A stretch of 64,000 nt of DNA from a virus. Made by a program: the position numbers and the translations under genes. Location: the IMG/VR virus record IMGVR_UViG_3300025012_000956, positions 10,538-74,537 of that record. The stretch is one strand, 5' to 3'. The notes under the pieces are model-generated. The model made no database searches. It was not told the origin of the DNA and saw only the letters and a program-made list of their open reading frames with translations. Of this stretch, positions 49,514 through 59,596 are shown one piece after another (the first letter of the stretch is position 1; the number at the start of each line of letters is the position of its first letter).

Positions 49514-49704
49514 CATATGAATTGTGGGATATTATTGGATTGACAGAAGGAGAAGTAGCTATTCCCTTTACTAGATTATATGAAGATGATTCTTTTATAA
49601 AGGTATATGATAAATTTTTAAAGCATATGCAAAATAATGAGCTCTGTGTTATTATAGTTAATAAAGACGATACTAGTTTAAAATATAAAAGTATATCATT
49701 ATAA
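49510..49704 (+). CDS. Hypothetical protein
   Basis: Short coupled ORF. Confidence 0.4.
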   Translation: MTYELWDIIGLTEGEVAIPFTRLYEDDSFIKVYDKFLKHMQNNELCVIIVNKDDTSLKYKSISL

Positions 49705-49786
49705 TGAGTATAATTTTTAGGTATTAAAGGAGGAAAAGGACTTCATTCGCAGAAATTGATGATGATAAAAAATAAAGGAGAACATA

Positions 49787-50383
49787 ATGATTAAATTACA
49801 TATAGGATGTGGTCCACGAGATTTTGGAACTAGTTGGATTAGTATTGACGGAGGAAAATTTCCTCATGTTAAAAATTATGATGTAACATTAAGATCTGAA
49901 GAAGCAAAAGATTTTGTAGATATAATATATTCATCTCATCTAATTTCTTATTTTGACAGAGAAGAAATTGTTCCAATATTAGCTAAGTGGTATTTAGTAT
50001 TAAAGCCAGGAGGAATATTAAGATTAGCAGTTCCTGATTTTGAGGCGATGTCCAAATTATATATAGATCACAAATACAAAAAAGGACCTAAGAGTACTAG
50101 ATATTCTTTAAAATCTTTTTTGGGAATGCTCTATGGTAAAATGAAGATGGACGATAAATTTATATACCATAAAACAGTATACGATAAAGAAACACTGACA
50201 GATTTATTACTTAATGTAGGATTCAAAAATATTAGAAAATGGGACTGGAAACAAATGAAAGCTGAAGGTTATCCGGACGATTGTTCACGTTCGTTCTTAC
50301 CCCACGATCTAGATTGTATATATAGAGGAGAGTTTAGAGATAATCAAACATTAATGAGTTTGAATTTGGAGGCTATTAAATGA
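49787..50383 (+). CDS. Class I SAM methyltransferase
   Basis: KLHIGCG, IYSSH and LKPGGILRLAVPDF. Confidence 0.85.
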   Translation: MIKLHIGCGPRDFGTSWISIDGGKFPHVKNYDVTLRSEEAKDFVDIIYSSHLISYFDREEIVPILAKWYLVLKPGGILRLAVPDFEAMSKLYIDHKYKKGPKSTRYSLKSFLGMLYGKMKMDDKFIYHKTVYDKETLTDLLLNVGFKNIRKWDWKQMKAEGYPDDCSRSFLPHDLDCIYRGEFRDNQTLMSLNLEAIK

Positions 50384-51540
50384 AAATGAAAATAACAGAT
50401 AAACCAACTGAAACTGTAAAAGGTACACGTGAGCCAGTTAATAATAATCTTAGTACAGGTTTATCTTTTTCATATGATTTTACATCTGATGGTTATTATA
50501 AATTTTTAACAATTGCTTATATTATACAAACAATTATAGATAAATATTTAAATATTACGGTTAAGAATGAACGCAGTTATGAATATAATTATGATTTTAA
50601 CAAATATAAACAAATAGTAATTGAAGGAGACATAATTTTTTATTATAATAAACAATTATTTATTTATAAGATTAGTACAGATGGTTTCAAAAATAAAATA
50701 TTATCTAATGGGTCGACCCATCTATTTGTCAAAATAATTAAAGATGAAATTAAAAATAATAATCCACTTAGAAACAAACATCTATATATATATGATACTA
50801 GTGACTGTTTAGCTGGTACTATTAAAAAAAGACCAACTGTAAATTTTTCAGATGTAATATTAGATGATACCTTAAAGTCTGATATATATGATAATACTAT
50901 ATTTCATTTGGAAAAAATGGTAGAAAATAATGGTATTATATTATTTGGGAAACCAGGTGTTGGTAAATCATTGGTATGTTCTGCTATCATAAATGAGGCT
51001 ATTAATAAGGGTTTTAGTACATGTTATTTGTGTAGTAAGGTAAATTTTGAGTCGCTATCTGAACTTATAAGAGAATTTTTAACTCCTTGTATCTTAATAT
51101 ATGAAGATATAGATTCCTTGGGTCAAGATAGAAAAGAAACTATAAATACAGAATTGTCGTCATTTTTACAATTTATAAATGGATTAACGGAAGGAAATGA
51201 TCGCATTGTATTTATAGCAACAACAAATTATCTAGAACATTTAGATGATGCAATTAAAAATAGACCTATGAGATTTAATAGAAAATTCGAATTTAAATAT
51301 CCCAATAATGATCAAATTAATAAGTTAATAACATTATACTTTGATAAAAAAACAAGTGATAAATATTCTACCACGTGCTATAATAAGAATTTCACTGGAG
51401 CACATATAAAAGAAATAAAAAGAACAGCTACTATTTTATCTGTAAAGGATAACACTGATATAGATAGTGTATTTGAAAAATCGGTAAAATTAGTATATGA
51501 TAACTTTAGCATAACACTAAGAAATAAACCTGGATTTTAA
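50380..51540 (+). CDS. AAA+ ATPase
   Basis: GKPGVGKS, IYEDID, ATTN..LDDA..RP.RF and TGAHI. Confidence 0.88.
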   Translation: MKMKITDKPTETVKGTREPVNNNLSTGLSFSYDFTSDGYYKFLTIAYIIQTIIDKYLNITVKNERSYEYNYDFNKYKQIVIEGDIIFYYNKQLFIYKISTDGFKNKILSNGSTHLFVKIIKDEIKNNNPLRNKHLYIYDTSDCLAGTIKKRPTVNFSDVILDDTLKSDIYDNTIFHLEKMVENNGIILFGKPGVGKSLVCSAIINEAINKGFSTCYLCSKVNFESLSELIREFLTPCILIYEDIDSLGQDRKETINTELSSFLQFINGLTEGNDRIVFIATTNYLEHLDDAIKNRPMRFNRKFEFKYPNNDQINKLITLYFDKKTSDKYSTTCYNKNFTGAHIKEIKRTATILSVKDNTDIDSVFEKSVKLVYDNFSITLRNKPGF

Positions 51541-51542
51541 AT

Positions 51543-52619
51543 ATGAAAACGGAAATAAGTCAATTTACTCCCTGGATAAGGCCTATATATGCACTAAATA
51601 CTACAAAGACTATAATGTCAAGTTTTATTGGTCCTGGAAAAGAAGTAGAAAAGTTTGAACTAAATATATTAAAAACAATCGAACATTCGAATGAATATTG
51701 TATAGCAACTACAAGTGGTACTGTAGCGTTAATAATGGTAATTAAAGCATTAGAATTAAAACCTGGTTCCACTATATTGTTTCCTGCATATACATTTTTA
51801 GCGGGAGCAAATGCTGCTAAGTTTTTAGGATATAATATAAAGCTAATAGATATTGATGAGGATAATTTATGTATGGATCCTAAATTAGTAGAAAAAGAAT
51901 TGAAGGAAATTAAGAATATGAGTGCGATAATATATGTTCATCATAATGCATACGATGGTGGTACAGAGTTAGGAGATATCAATGATTTATGTATAGATTA
52001 TAATATAAAACTTATTCAAGATGCCGCACAATGTATTGATGTTCCAATTCATTTATATGGAGAAATGGCCACTTATTCATTTTCAGTACCAAAGATAGTT
52101 ACCACCGCACAGGGTGGTGCGGTGGTAACTAAAGATGAAAATATATATAACAAGTTAAAACAAATTAGAGATCATGGAGATGATAATTGGAAAAAAACAA
52201 AGCTTCATACAAATTTAGGAGTAAATTTTAAATTTAACGATATTTTAGCCTCATTTGGAAATTCTCAATTCAATCATTTTAATGAAATAATAAAAAAGAA
52301 AGATAATATATTTGAGTGGTATAGAAATCATATTAAAATTAAAGATTTTTTTCAAGAAAGAACTTGGATGGTAATATATGAAAATTCACCTATAATTATA
52401 AATAAAGTAAAAGAACAACTTAAATTGAATAATATAGGTTCTGAACAATATTATAAACCAATTCATTGGAATCCACCATATAAAACAGAGGATAGTTTTC
52501 CAATAGCAGAAAAAATGTATGAAAGGTTATTGTATTTACCATCATCATTAACATTAAATAAATCAGATGTAGATAGAATTTGTAGTATAATAAAGAAAGT
52601 AGAAATAGAAAATGGGTAA
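51543..52619 (+). CDS. DegT/DnrJ family aminotransferase (perosamine-synthase-like)
   Basis: SGTVAL, QDAAQ, SFSVPKIVTTAQGG, NFKFND and LYLPSS. Confidence 0.9.
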   Translation: MKTEISQFTPWIRPIYALNTTKTIMSSFIGPGKEVEKFELNILKTIEHSNEYCIATTSGTVALIMVIKALELKPGSTILFPAYTFLAGANAAKFLGYNIKLIDIDEDNLCMDPKLVEKELKEIKNMSAIIYVHHNAYDGGTELGDINDLCIDYNIKLIQDAAQCIDVPIHLYGEMATYSFSVPKIVTTAQGGAVVTKDENIYNKLKQIRDHGDDNWKKTKLHTNLGVNFKFNDILASFGNSQFNHFNEIIKKKDNIFEWYRNHIKIKDFFQERTWMVIYENSPIIINKVKEQLKLNNIGSEQYYKPIHWNPPYKTEDSFPIAEKMYERLLYLPSSLTLNKSDVDRICSIIKKVEIENG

Positions 52620-52653
52620 AAAAGCCTGGATATCCGGAATCACTTACTTTTAG
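52612..52653 (+). pseudogene. Orphaned original 5' end of gmd (MGKKAWISGIT-YF*)
   Basis: Overlaps the upstream gene's stop; matches the canonical Gmd N-terminus that normally continues GQDGSYL. Confidence 0.7.
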
Positions 52654-52705
52654 TAATATCAGTAAAAAATGCAAAATCTCCATATATATTAATAACAGTG
52701 GAGAT

Positions 52706-53473
52706 ATGCATATGAAACTAAAAGATATTATTATAGAAAAAAATTGTCATCTTGCTTCGTGTAATAAATTATTTTTAACAAATTCTACTAAAAAAGGAAA
52801 AAACAGAAAATATTGTTCTAATATATGTGCGCGTATAGGAAACGGTAGAAATAATAAAGGAAGACACCACACACCTGAAGCAAGAAAGAAAATATCAGAT
52901 GCTATGTCAGGAGAAAAAAATTCTTTTTATGGTAGAAAACACACAGAAGAAGTTAAAAGGAGAATAGGTAAAATAAACAGTGGGACATATGAGGAGAGGT
53001 TTGGAGAAGAAAAATCAAAAGAAATAAAAGCAAAGTTGTCAGATGCACTAAGTGGACAGAATAATCCGTTTTATGGAAAAAAATTAACAAAAGAACATAT
53101 AGAAAAAAGAACAAACACCGTCGTAAATAGAGGTTCTTATAAGGGTGAAAATAATCCTATGTATGGAAAAGGTTATTTGATTTCAGGAGAAAAAAATGGA
53201 GCGTGGCAGGGTGGTAGCTCGTTTGGAGAATATGGATTAGAGTTTACAGATGAACTGAGAACAGAAATAAGAAAGAGAGATAATTTTACATGTCAGGTCT
53301 GTAATAGCAATGGATATACAGTCCATCACATAGATTATATAAAACATCACAACAATAAAAAGAATTTAATCACTACATGCACATCATGTCATGGAAAAAC
53401 TGGATTTAATAGAGACAGTTGGATAAGTTTTTTTAAAACTAGAATACAGGAGATTTATGGAAATACTGAGTAA
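52706..53473 (+). CDS. NUMOD3 + HNH homing endonuclease
   Basis: KYCSNIC, N.FYGRKHTEE repeats and IRKRDNFTCQVC..VHHIDY..NLITTCTSCH. Confidence 0.88.
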   Translation: MHMKLKDIIIEKNCHLASCNKLFLTNSTKKGKNRKYCSNICARIGNGRNNKGRHHTPEARKKISDAMSGEKNSFYGRKHTEEVKRRIGKINSGTYEERFGEEKSKEIKAKLSDALSGQNNPFYGKKLTKEHIEKRTNTVVNRGSYKGENNPMYGKGYLISGEKNGAWQGGSSFGEYGLEFTDELRTEIRKRDNFTCQVCNSNGYTVHHIDYIKHHNNKKNLITTCTSCHGKTGFNRDSWISFFKTRIQEIYGNTE

Positions 53474-54467
53474 AAAAAATAAGAGGCGCGCGTTTCTCAT
53501 GGGGATCGGAGGACAAGATGGAAGTTATCTGTCAGAACATTTATTGGACTTGGACTATGAGGTATATGGAATAATTAGACGTAACTCTGTTTCTGAACAC
53601 CAAGAAAGTAGAATTGCGCATCTTGAAAACAAAATAGAAACTATGTATGGAGATTTATCTGATACAAGTTCTTTAGAGCATTATATTAGAATAATTAAAC
53701 CAGATGAAATTTACAACCTTGCAGCCCAATCCCACGTAAGAATAAGTTTTGATATCCCCCAATATACAGTAGCTACTAATGCGCTTGGAGTCCTAAATAT
53801 TTTAGAAGCTTTCAAAAAATTTGTTCCGGGATCTAGATTTTATCAGGCCTCCAGTTCCGAAATGTTTGGAAATTCTGTAGACTTTGATGGTTTCCAACGA
53901 GAGACAACTCCTATGCATCCCACAAGTCCATACGGGTGCGCAAAGTTATTCGGATATTCTATAGTAAGACACTATAGGCATGCCTATAAATTATTTGCTT
54001 CTAATGGTATTCTGTTTAATCACGAATCAGTTCGAAGAGCATCTAATTTTGTTACTAATAAAGTAGTTAAAGCTGCTGTACAAATTAAGAAAGGATTGTT
54101 AGATAAATTAGAATTAGGAAATATGGATTCTTTTAGAGACTGGGGTCATTCAAAAGATTACGTAAAAGCAATGCATTTAATATTAAATAATTCAGAACCA
54201 GATGATTTTGTAGTTGCAACAGGACAAACTCATTCTGTAAGAGAATTATGCGAATATGTATTTAAGAAATTAGAATTAGATATGAATAAATATATAATCC
54301 AAAATCCGAAATATATTCGTCCAGAAGAACTTAAATACTTACGAGGTGATAGTACTAAGATTAGAACAAAGTTAAATTGGAAACCTGAATACACATTTGA
54401 AACAATATTAAATGAAATGATCCAGTTTTGGATTGACTATTATGAAAAATATAACGATAAAAAATAA
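53457..54467 (+). CDS. gmd: GDP-mannose 4,6-dehydratase
   Basis: GQDGSYL, YNLAAQSHV, FYQASSSEMFG, SPYGCAK, GILFNHES and RDWGH. Confidence 0.95.
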   Translation: MEILSKKNKRRAFLMGIGGQDGSYLSEHLLDLDYEVYGIIRRNSVSEHQESRIAHLENKIETMYGDLSDTSSLEHYIRIIKPDEIYNLAAQSHVRISFDIPQYTVATNALGVLNILEAFKKFVPGSRFYQASSSEMFGNSVDFDGFQRETTPMHPTSPYGCAKLFGYSIVRHYRHAYKLFASNGILFNHESVRRASNFVTNKVVKAAVQIKKGLLDKLELGNMDSFRDWGHSKDYVKAMHLILNNSEPDDFVVATGQTHSVRELCEYVFKKLELDMNKYIIQNPKYIRPEELKYLRGDSTKIRTKLNWKPEYTFETILNEMIQFWIDYYEKYNDKK

Positions 54468-54514
54468 AATTTCCCTATATTTATATATGTAATAATTAAA
54501 CAATGTAATAAATT

Positions 54515-54661
54515 ATGAAAAAACGAGTAACATATTATCTTCCTATTGATTTGATTGAAAAGTTAAAATCTATTCCTAGGAATGAATTACCTAATATTTC
54601 TAAATTAATAGAAAATTTATTGGAGAAATGGTTTGAAAGACGAAATAAGAAGTTGTCCTAA
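54515..54661 (+). CDS. Small RHH-like protein (48 aa, not in ORF track)
   Basis: MKKRVTYYLPIDLIEKLKSI..NISKLIENLLEKW, a CopG-type pattern. Confidence 0.72.
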   Translation: MKKRVTYYLPIDLIEKLKSIPRNELPNISKLIENLLEKWFERRNKKLS

Positions 54662-55366
54662 TTCTAAACACAATTCTAATTGTAGAAAAACATTAAAATG
54701 TAAAACGAGTAAATTGTGCACATCATGTGCTAGGAAAAAATATGATTATACTGTGCCATATGTGTCAGTTTGTAAAGAATGTGGAAAAGAAAAAACATTT
54801 AAATTAGAAAAACAAAAAATTAAATGGAAAAAAAATCGCTATGTAGATCTTGTGTAATTAAAGGTGGAAATAATCCAATGTTTGGTAAACACCATTCAGA
54901 AGAAGCTAAAATAGAAATGTCTAAAGGAAAAAAAGGTAAAATTAGAAAACCATTTTCTAAAGAAACAAAAAGAAAGATGTCTGAGGCACATAAAGGTGAA
55001 AATAATCCCATGTTTGGTAAACATCATTCTGAAGAAACCAGAAGAAAAATGAGACTATCAGCTATTAAAAGAATAGAACAAAACAACCTAGATGGTAACC
55101 AACTGTGTCCTGCTTATAATCCGAAATCAATTCCTATCATAGAAGAATATGGTAAAATTAACGGTTATAACTTTCAACATGCAGAAAATGGCGGAGAATA
55201 TAATATTAAGAAACTTGGGTACTGGGTAGATGGATATGATAAGACTAGGAACACTATTATAGAAATTTATGAAAAATTTCATAAACGGTGTGCTGAAAGA
55301 GATGGAAAAAGAAAACAAGAAATAATTAATTTTTTAAAATGCAAGTTTGTAGAAATTTATATATGA
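54633..55366 (+). pseudogene. PD-(D/E)XK endonuclease (repeated family), frameshift near the A8 run at 54828-54835
   Basis: RSCPNSKHNSNC (54633 ORF) plus NUMOD3 and [17 protein letters not shown] (54824 ORF). Confidence 0.75.
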
Positions 55367-56013
55367 TTAAAAATATAAATAATACTGATCACTGGAACAG
55401 GAAACACACACAACAATCCGACATATTCACGCCATACAATTTTTCTCAGATTACTGAAGACTCACTAAGTTATAATAAAGTTGCGAGTGATATTATTTCA
55501 TTGTCTATTTTAAAGAATGTGGTAAACAATAAATCTATATTGGAAATAGGTTGTAGTGGTGGTTACTTTTGTTCTTATTTAAAATATAAAATAGTACCAT
55601 CTGATTGGATAGTTGAAGGATGGGACTTTAGTGTAGTTGCAATTGAATCTGCTATTAGAAGAAATAAAGATAATACCAACATAATATTTAAAGAAGTTGA
55701 CATTCTAACAACTCCTGTAGAAAATAATTATGGTTTTATTTGTGTGTTTGAAACATTGGAACACTTTGACGAAGGAAAGAATTATGAATTATTAAATCAA
55801 TGGTTAGAACACTGTGAATATTTGATTTTAAGTACTGTTACGACTATAGATGATTGCTGCGGCGAGCATGTTTCTCATTATAAACTTGATACATTTGATG
55901 AAAAAGGATATGAGGTAATATGGAAAGATAATCTTGTTAAAATAAATATGGAAGCAGCTCAAGATTTAAATGATTATTATTATTTTATGGTTGTTTTAAA
56001 AGGGAAACTCTAA
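55339..56013 (+). CDS. Class I SAM methyltransferase
   Basis: LEIGCSGG, GWDFS and FETLEHF; likely start near 55363. Confidence 0.85.
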   Translation: MQVCRNLYMIKNINNTDHWNRKHTQQSDIFTPYNFSQITEDSLSYNKVASDIISLSILKNVVNNKSILEIGCSGGYFCSYLKYKIVPSDWIVEGWDFSVVAIESAIRRNKDNTNIIFKEVDILTTPVENNYGFICVFETLEHFDEGKNYELLNQWLEHCEYLILSTVTTIDDCCGEHVSHYKLDTFDEKGYEVIWKDNLVKINMEAAQDLNDYYYFMVVLKGKL

Positions 56014-56018
56014 TATTT

Positions 56019-56921
56019 ATGGAACAAAATGCATTTTGGAGAATCTTAGATAATAAACTATATTCAGTTGCTTCAGCCGACAGATTAGGATTTGATTGGA
56101 ATGACATTCCTAAGGATTGTTATATTCCAGAGAAATATTTAGTAGCTAAAAACTTTGTGCTAATGAGAACATGTCATGGAATAGGAGACTGGGGTATATT
56201 AACTGCGATGCCAAGAATACTAAAGAGAGAATATAAAGATTGTAAAGTATATATACCATCTACAAAATTATTAGAAACTTTATTTCATTCGTATAAAGGA
56301 AATTGGCCAGCTTGGTCTGATCCGTTTAATAACCAAAACTTGGTATTTGAAAATAATCCATATATAGATGGTAAAGTTGACGAGGTTGAAGGAGAAATAT
56401 ATCATGATCATTTTAGAATATATGATTCATATAATTTATCAATCCCACTCGTAATACAAATGTTAAAGTTCTGGAGAATAGATAATGTAGATTTTTTAGA
56501 CGTAAGACCTGAATTGTATTTTTCTCAAGAAGAAATAGATGAAGGTGAAAAGATAATAAATGACATATTTGGTAAAAATGATTATTGTGTTTTAGTAATT
56601 ACTAACAGACATAATTATGATGATAATAGAAAAAATCAAATGTTTCAAGAATATCTTGATAAATATAAAGATTTACCATTTTTATATTATAACGGATTGA
56701 CACAAGATATACCATATAATTTTAACAAACATTTAGATATAAAATCATTTGGATGGACAAATATTAGAAAACAACTATATATAACAACTAGGGCAAAAGC
56801 TGTATTTGGAACTCAAACTGGTGTAATAGATATAACTTCTAAATATACGCCAACATACGTACATTTGCCTGGAATGTACACAACAGAGAATTATGTAGAA
56901 GGTATTACCTACATAATATAA
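56019..56921 (+). CDS. GT9 (heptosyltransferase)-like protein
   Basis: HGIGDW..MPR.LK, FENNPYID, RPELYFS.EE and FGTQTG. Confidence 0.6.
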   Translation: MEQNAFWRILDNKLYSVASADRLGFDWNDIPKDCYIPEKYLVAKNFVLMRTCHGIGDWGILTAMPRILKREYKDCKVYIPSTKLLETLFHSYKGNWPAWSDPFNNQNLVFENNPYIDGKVDEVEGEIYHDHFRIYDSYNLSIPLVIQMLKFWRIDNVDFLDVRPELYFSQEEIDEGEKIINDIFGKNDYCVLVITNRHNYDDNRKNQMFQEYLDKYKDLPFLYYNGLTQDIPYNFNKHLDIKSFGWTNIRKQLYITTRAKAVFGTQTGVIDITSKYTPTYVHLPGMYTTENYVEGITYII

Positions 56922-56948
56922 CAACTTTATAAAATATAGGAAGATAAA

Positions 56949-58193
56949 ATGAAAAACAATGTTATATCCTTTGTGGTACCATCAAGGAATAATCTCAAAT
57001 ATCTAGAATGGTCATATAATTCTATACGAAAAAATTTAAAAACTGAACACTATATCTGTTTAGCAGATGATTTTTCTAATGACGGAACATGGGAATGGAT
57101 TCAGGAACAAATAAAAATTGATCCATATTTAAAAGCAATTAAAAATGAGGGACCCGAAAGATGTGGGCACACAGTTTTATATGATAGAATTGTTAACGAG
57201 TTAGTGGAGACAGATATATTTGTTATCCACCACGCAGACATGTATGCGTTTCCTGGATTAGATACTGCTATATTAAAATATATTAAACCAGGAACTGTTG
57301 TCAGTGCCACTAGAATAGAACCTGAACTTCATCCAAGGGGAAAGGAAAAAATAACACAAAATTGGGGAACTGAACCAGAACAGTTTGATGATGCAGCTGC
57401 TTGTGATTGGGTAAATGATTTTAAAGAGCATTATAAAGGTAAATACACATATGGAATATTTGCTCCGTGGGCAATTTATAAGTCTGATTTTTTAGACATT
57501 GGCGGACATGATCCTTTATATTCCCCCCAATCCCGGGAAGATTCGGACCTGTTCAATAGGTTTGTATTAGCAGGTTATAAACTTATTCAAACGTGGGAAG
57601 GATTTATCTATCACTTAACATGTAAAGGGAGTCGGTTTAATCCACTGTTGACAACTGTTGGTAAAGAAAGCGATGAATGGTTAGAACAAAATAAGAAAAG
57701 TGAACGCAATTTTATTAGAAAGTGGGGTTCAATGGTTTCTCACAATGAATTTATGTTTCCAACTATACTACCAAAATATAATATAGCATTTAAAATAAAA
57801 AATATATTAACATTTGAAATGCTTAAATTTTTAGAACCATATTGTGATAAATTATATTTAGAAATGAATGCCAGACAGGTAATAAATGAATATAATACAT
57901 TAGATTATATAAAAAATTCTTATATAAAATTAGAACAGCCTAATACTAAGTTTGATTTGGATTTAAAGATTAAGATTATATCAGATGAAGAATCTAATTT
58001 TCCTGAGGATGTGATTATAAGTTTTAATATGACAGAAATGGCAGGAAACCAACAAGCTTTTTATATTTTAACACATATACCTCAGATTTTACAAGATTCA
58101 GGGTCTGTAGGGGTATTTAAATTAGATAATTTTACATTTTTAATTAAAAAACTAGATCAATATCAACAAAATTTGATACATCTGAAACAATAA
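56949..58193 (+). CDS. GT2 glycosyltransferase
   Basis: SFVVPSRNN, DDFSNDGT, HADM, GGHD..EDSD and YH. Confidence 0.88.
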   Translation: MKNNVISFVVPSRNNLKYLEWSYNSIRKNLKTEHYICLADDFSNDGTWEWIQEQIKIDPYLKAIKNEGPERCGHTVLYDRIVNELVETDIFVIHHADMYAFPGLDTAILKYIKPGTVVSATRIEPELHPRGKEKITQNWGTEPEQFDDAAACDWVNDFKEHYKGKYTYGIFAPWAIYKSDFLDIGGHDPLYSPQSREDSDLFNRFVLAGYKLIQTWEGFIYHLTCKGSRFNPLLTTVGKESDEWLEQNKKSERNFIRKWGSMVSHNEFMFPTILPKYNIAFKIKNILTFEMLKFLEPYCDKLYLEMNARQVINEYNTLDYIKNSYIKLEQPNTKFDLDLKIKIISDEESNFPEDVIISFNMTEMAGNQQAFYILTHIPQILQDSGSVGVFKLDNFTFLIKKLDQYQQNLIHLKQ

Positions 58194-58221
58194 CAATACA
58201 TACAATAAAAGGAATATTAAA

Positions 58222-59043
58222 ATGAATACTTTTGATAAAATATTATTAGGCATAATTGTAATTCTTGTAATAATAGGAGGATTTCTATTCATACAGAATA
58301 ACAGTTTGAAAAAAGAACTTAACGGTAAAACAGTGGAAGTAAATTCACTTCAACAAAATTTGCAGGCATATAAGGATAGCTCAGAAATGTTAGCAAAGAA
58401 AATTCAAGATTATGCGATATTTGTTAAAGATTTGAAATATGTAAATTCAACTCTATATACTCAAAATAATATATTGAAAACCAAATTTAGAATATTATTA
58501 GATTCTGTTGTAGTATTAAACCAAGCAGCTCAAGTAGACACAAATGATAATATGATTGTTGTTAGGTTCGAGGGTTATCAAGGCAAGATAAATTATAAGG
58601 GTAAAGTAGTTTACTTTAAGCTAACAAACAAAGGTTCACTGGATTCACTTCTGATGCAGCATGATCCTATAAACATATATTCTAACATATATGTAGACGG
58701 TGGTATAATAAAGAATAAAATATACGCAGATGGAGAACTTATAGATAATGCAAATACTGTAGTAGATTCTACAGTATATAATGCAATGGGTAATATATTA
58801 TTTGCAATAGAAACAAAAGAACCTGGTTTCTTTGATTACTTAAAGATATTTGGTGAATTAGACAAACTATTTGTATTTAGTGGAGATAATAAATCTTATA
58901 AATCTTCAATTAGCTTAGGATTAAAATATGAATTACCATCGGGATTTTATTTAAGTGCTAAAAGAGACTTTATAAATGAAGTATATGTTGGTAATCTAGG
59001 TTATTCTATATCAATTTCAAAATTATGGAATATCACTTTTTAA
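58222..59043 (+). CDS. Membrane-anchored coiled-coil protein (possible spanin-like lysis or envelope protein)
   Basis: N-terminal TM segment ILLGIIVILVIIGGFLFI followed by a coiled coil. Confidence 0.5.
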   Translation: MNTFDKILLGIIVILVIIGGFLFIQNNSLKKELNGKTVEVNSLQQNLQAYKDSSEMLAKKIQDYAIFVKDLKYVNSTLYTQNNILKTKFRILLDSVVVLNQAAQVDTNDNMIVVRFEGYQGKINYKGKVVYFKLTNKGSLDSLLMQHDPINIYSNIYVDGGIIKNKIYADGELIDNANTVVDSTVYNAMGNILFAIETKEPGFFDYLKIFGELDKLFVFSGDNKSYKSSISLGLKYELPSGFYLSAKRDFINEVYVGNLGYSISISKLWNITF

Positions 59044-59055
59044 TCGGGAGATAAT

Positions 59056-59235
59056 ATGGCTAAAATAGACTTTGATATTTTAGAAGAGGGTGAAATCCTT
59101 CTTAAGGACTTATTAGAAATACCATTCGAAAAAATTAAAAAACGGAGACATCATTTCAAAGAAGAGGTACAATTAGAAAGAATTCATGACCGCAACAAAA
59201 ATAAAAGAAATTCTAATACTAAAGTTAGACCATAA
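59056..59235 (+). CDS. Small hypothetical protein (59 aa, not in ORF track)
   Basis: GGGAG RBS; MAKIDFDILEEGEILLK...KVRP. Confidence 0.5.
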   Translation: MAKIDFDILEEGEILLKDLLEIPFEKIKKRRHHFKEEVQLERIHDRNKNKRNSNTKVRP

Positions 59236-59241
59236 AAACTG

Positions 59242-59270
59242 TTAACTTTAAAGATTTTATTTCTTATATT
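59242..59270 (+). promoter_or_regulatory. Sigma70-type promoter TTAACT-17-TATATT
   Basis: 17-nt spacer; flanked by ACTG and TACATA like the copies at 60779 and 61136. Confidence 0.6.
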
Positions 59271-59294
59271 TACATATTAAAATAAAGTCAATAC

Positions 59295-59596
59295 ATAAAA
59301 CCTGAACTTGGAATGGGAGTTACACTTTTATTGGAAGCGATAGATATCCGGGTACAATAATTGATATCAGTGAATCTGGTAGAAAGATTTATGTACAAAA
59401 AGATAATTATAGAATGATATCTGGAAATGCTCAAAGTGAAATTCAAGAATATGAATTTACTCTAAACGAAAGAGGACCAGTTGAAACTTTTACTTTAAGA
59501 AAAGATGGTAGGTTTCATTTAACAAAAATTAAAATGAATTATTCATATAGTTTACATATTGGTAAACGAGATGCATATTTTGATCCATCGTTCTAA
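59295..59596 (+). pseudogene. Phage hypothetical protein ending DPSF, frameshifted near the T4 run at 59326-59329
   Basis: KPELGMGVTL joins IGSDRYPGTII..DAYFDPSF if one T is added; no clear start codon. Confidence 0.5.

Noticed and set aside
52645-53510. Group I intron in gmd
   Set aside because: Too little non-coding sequence around the HNH for a P3-P9 core, no in-frame U|...G| junction, and the downstream ORF has its own RBS and complete Rossmann motif.
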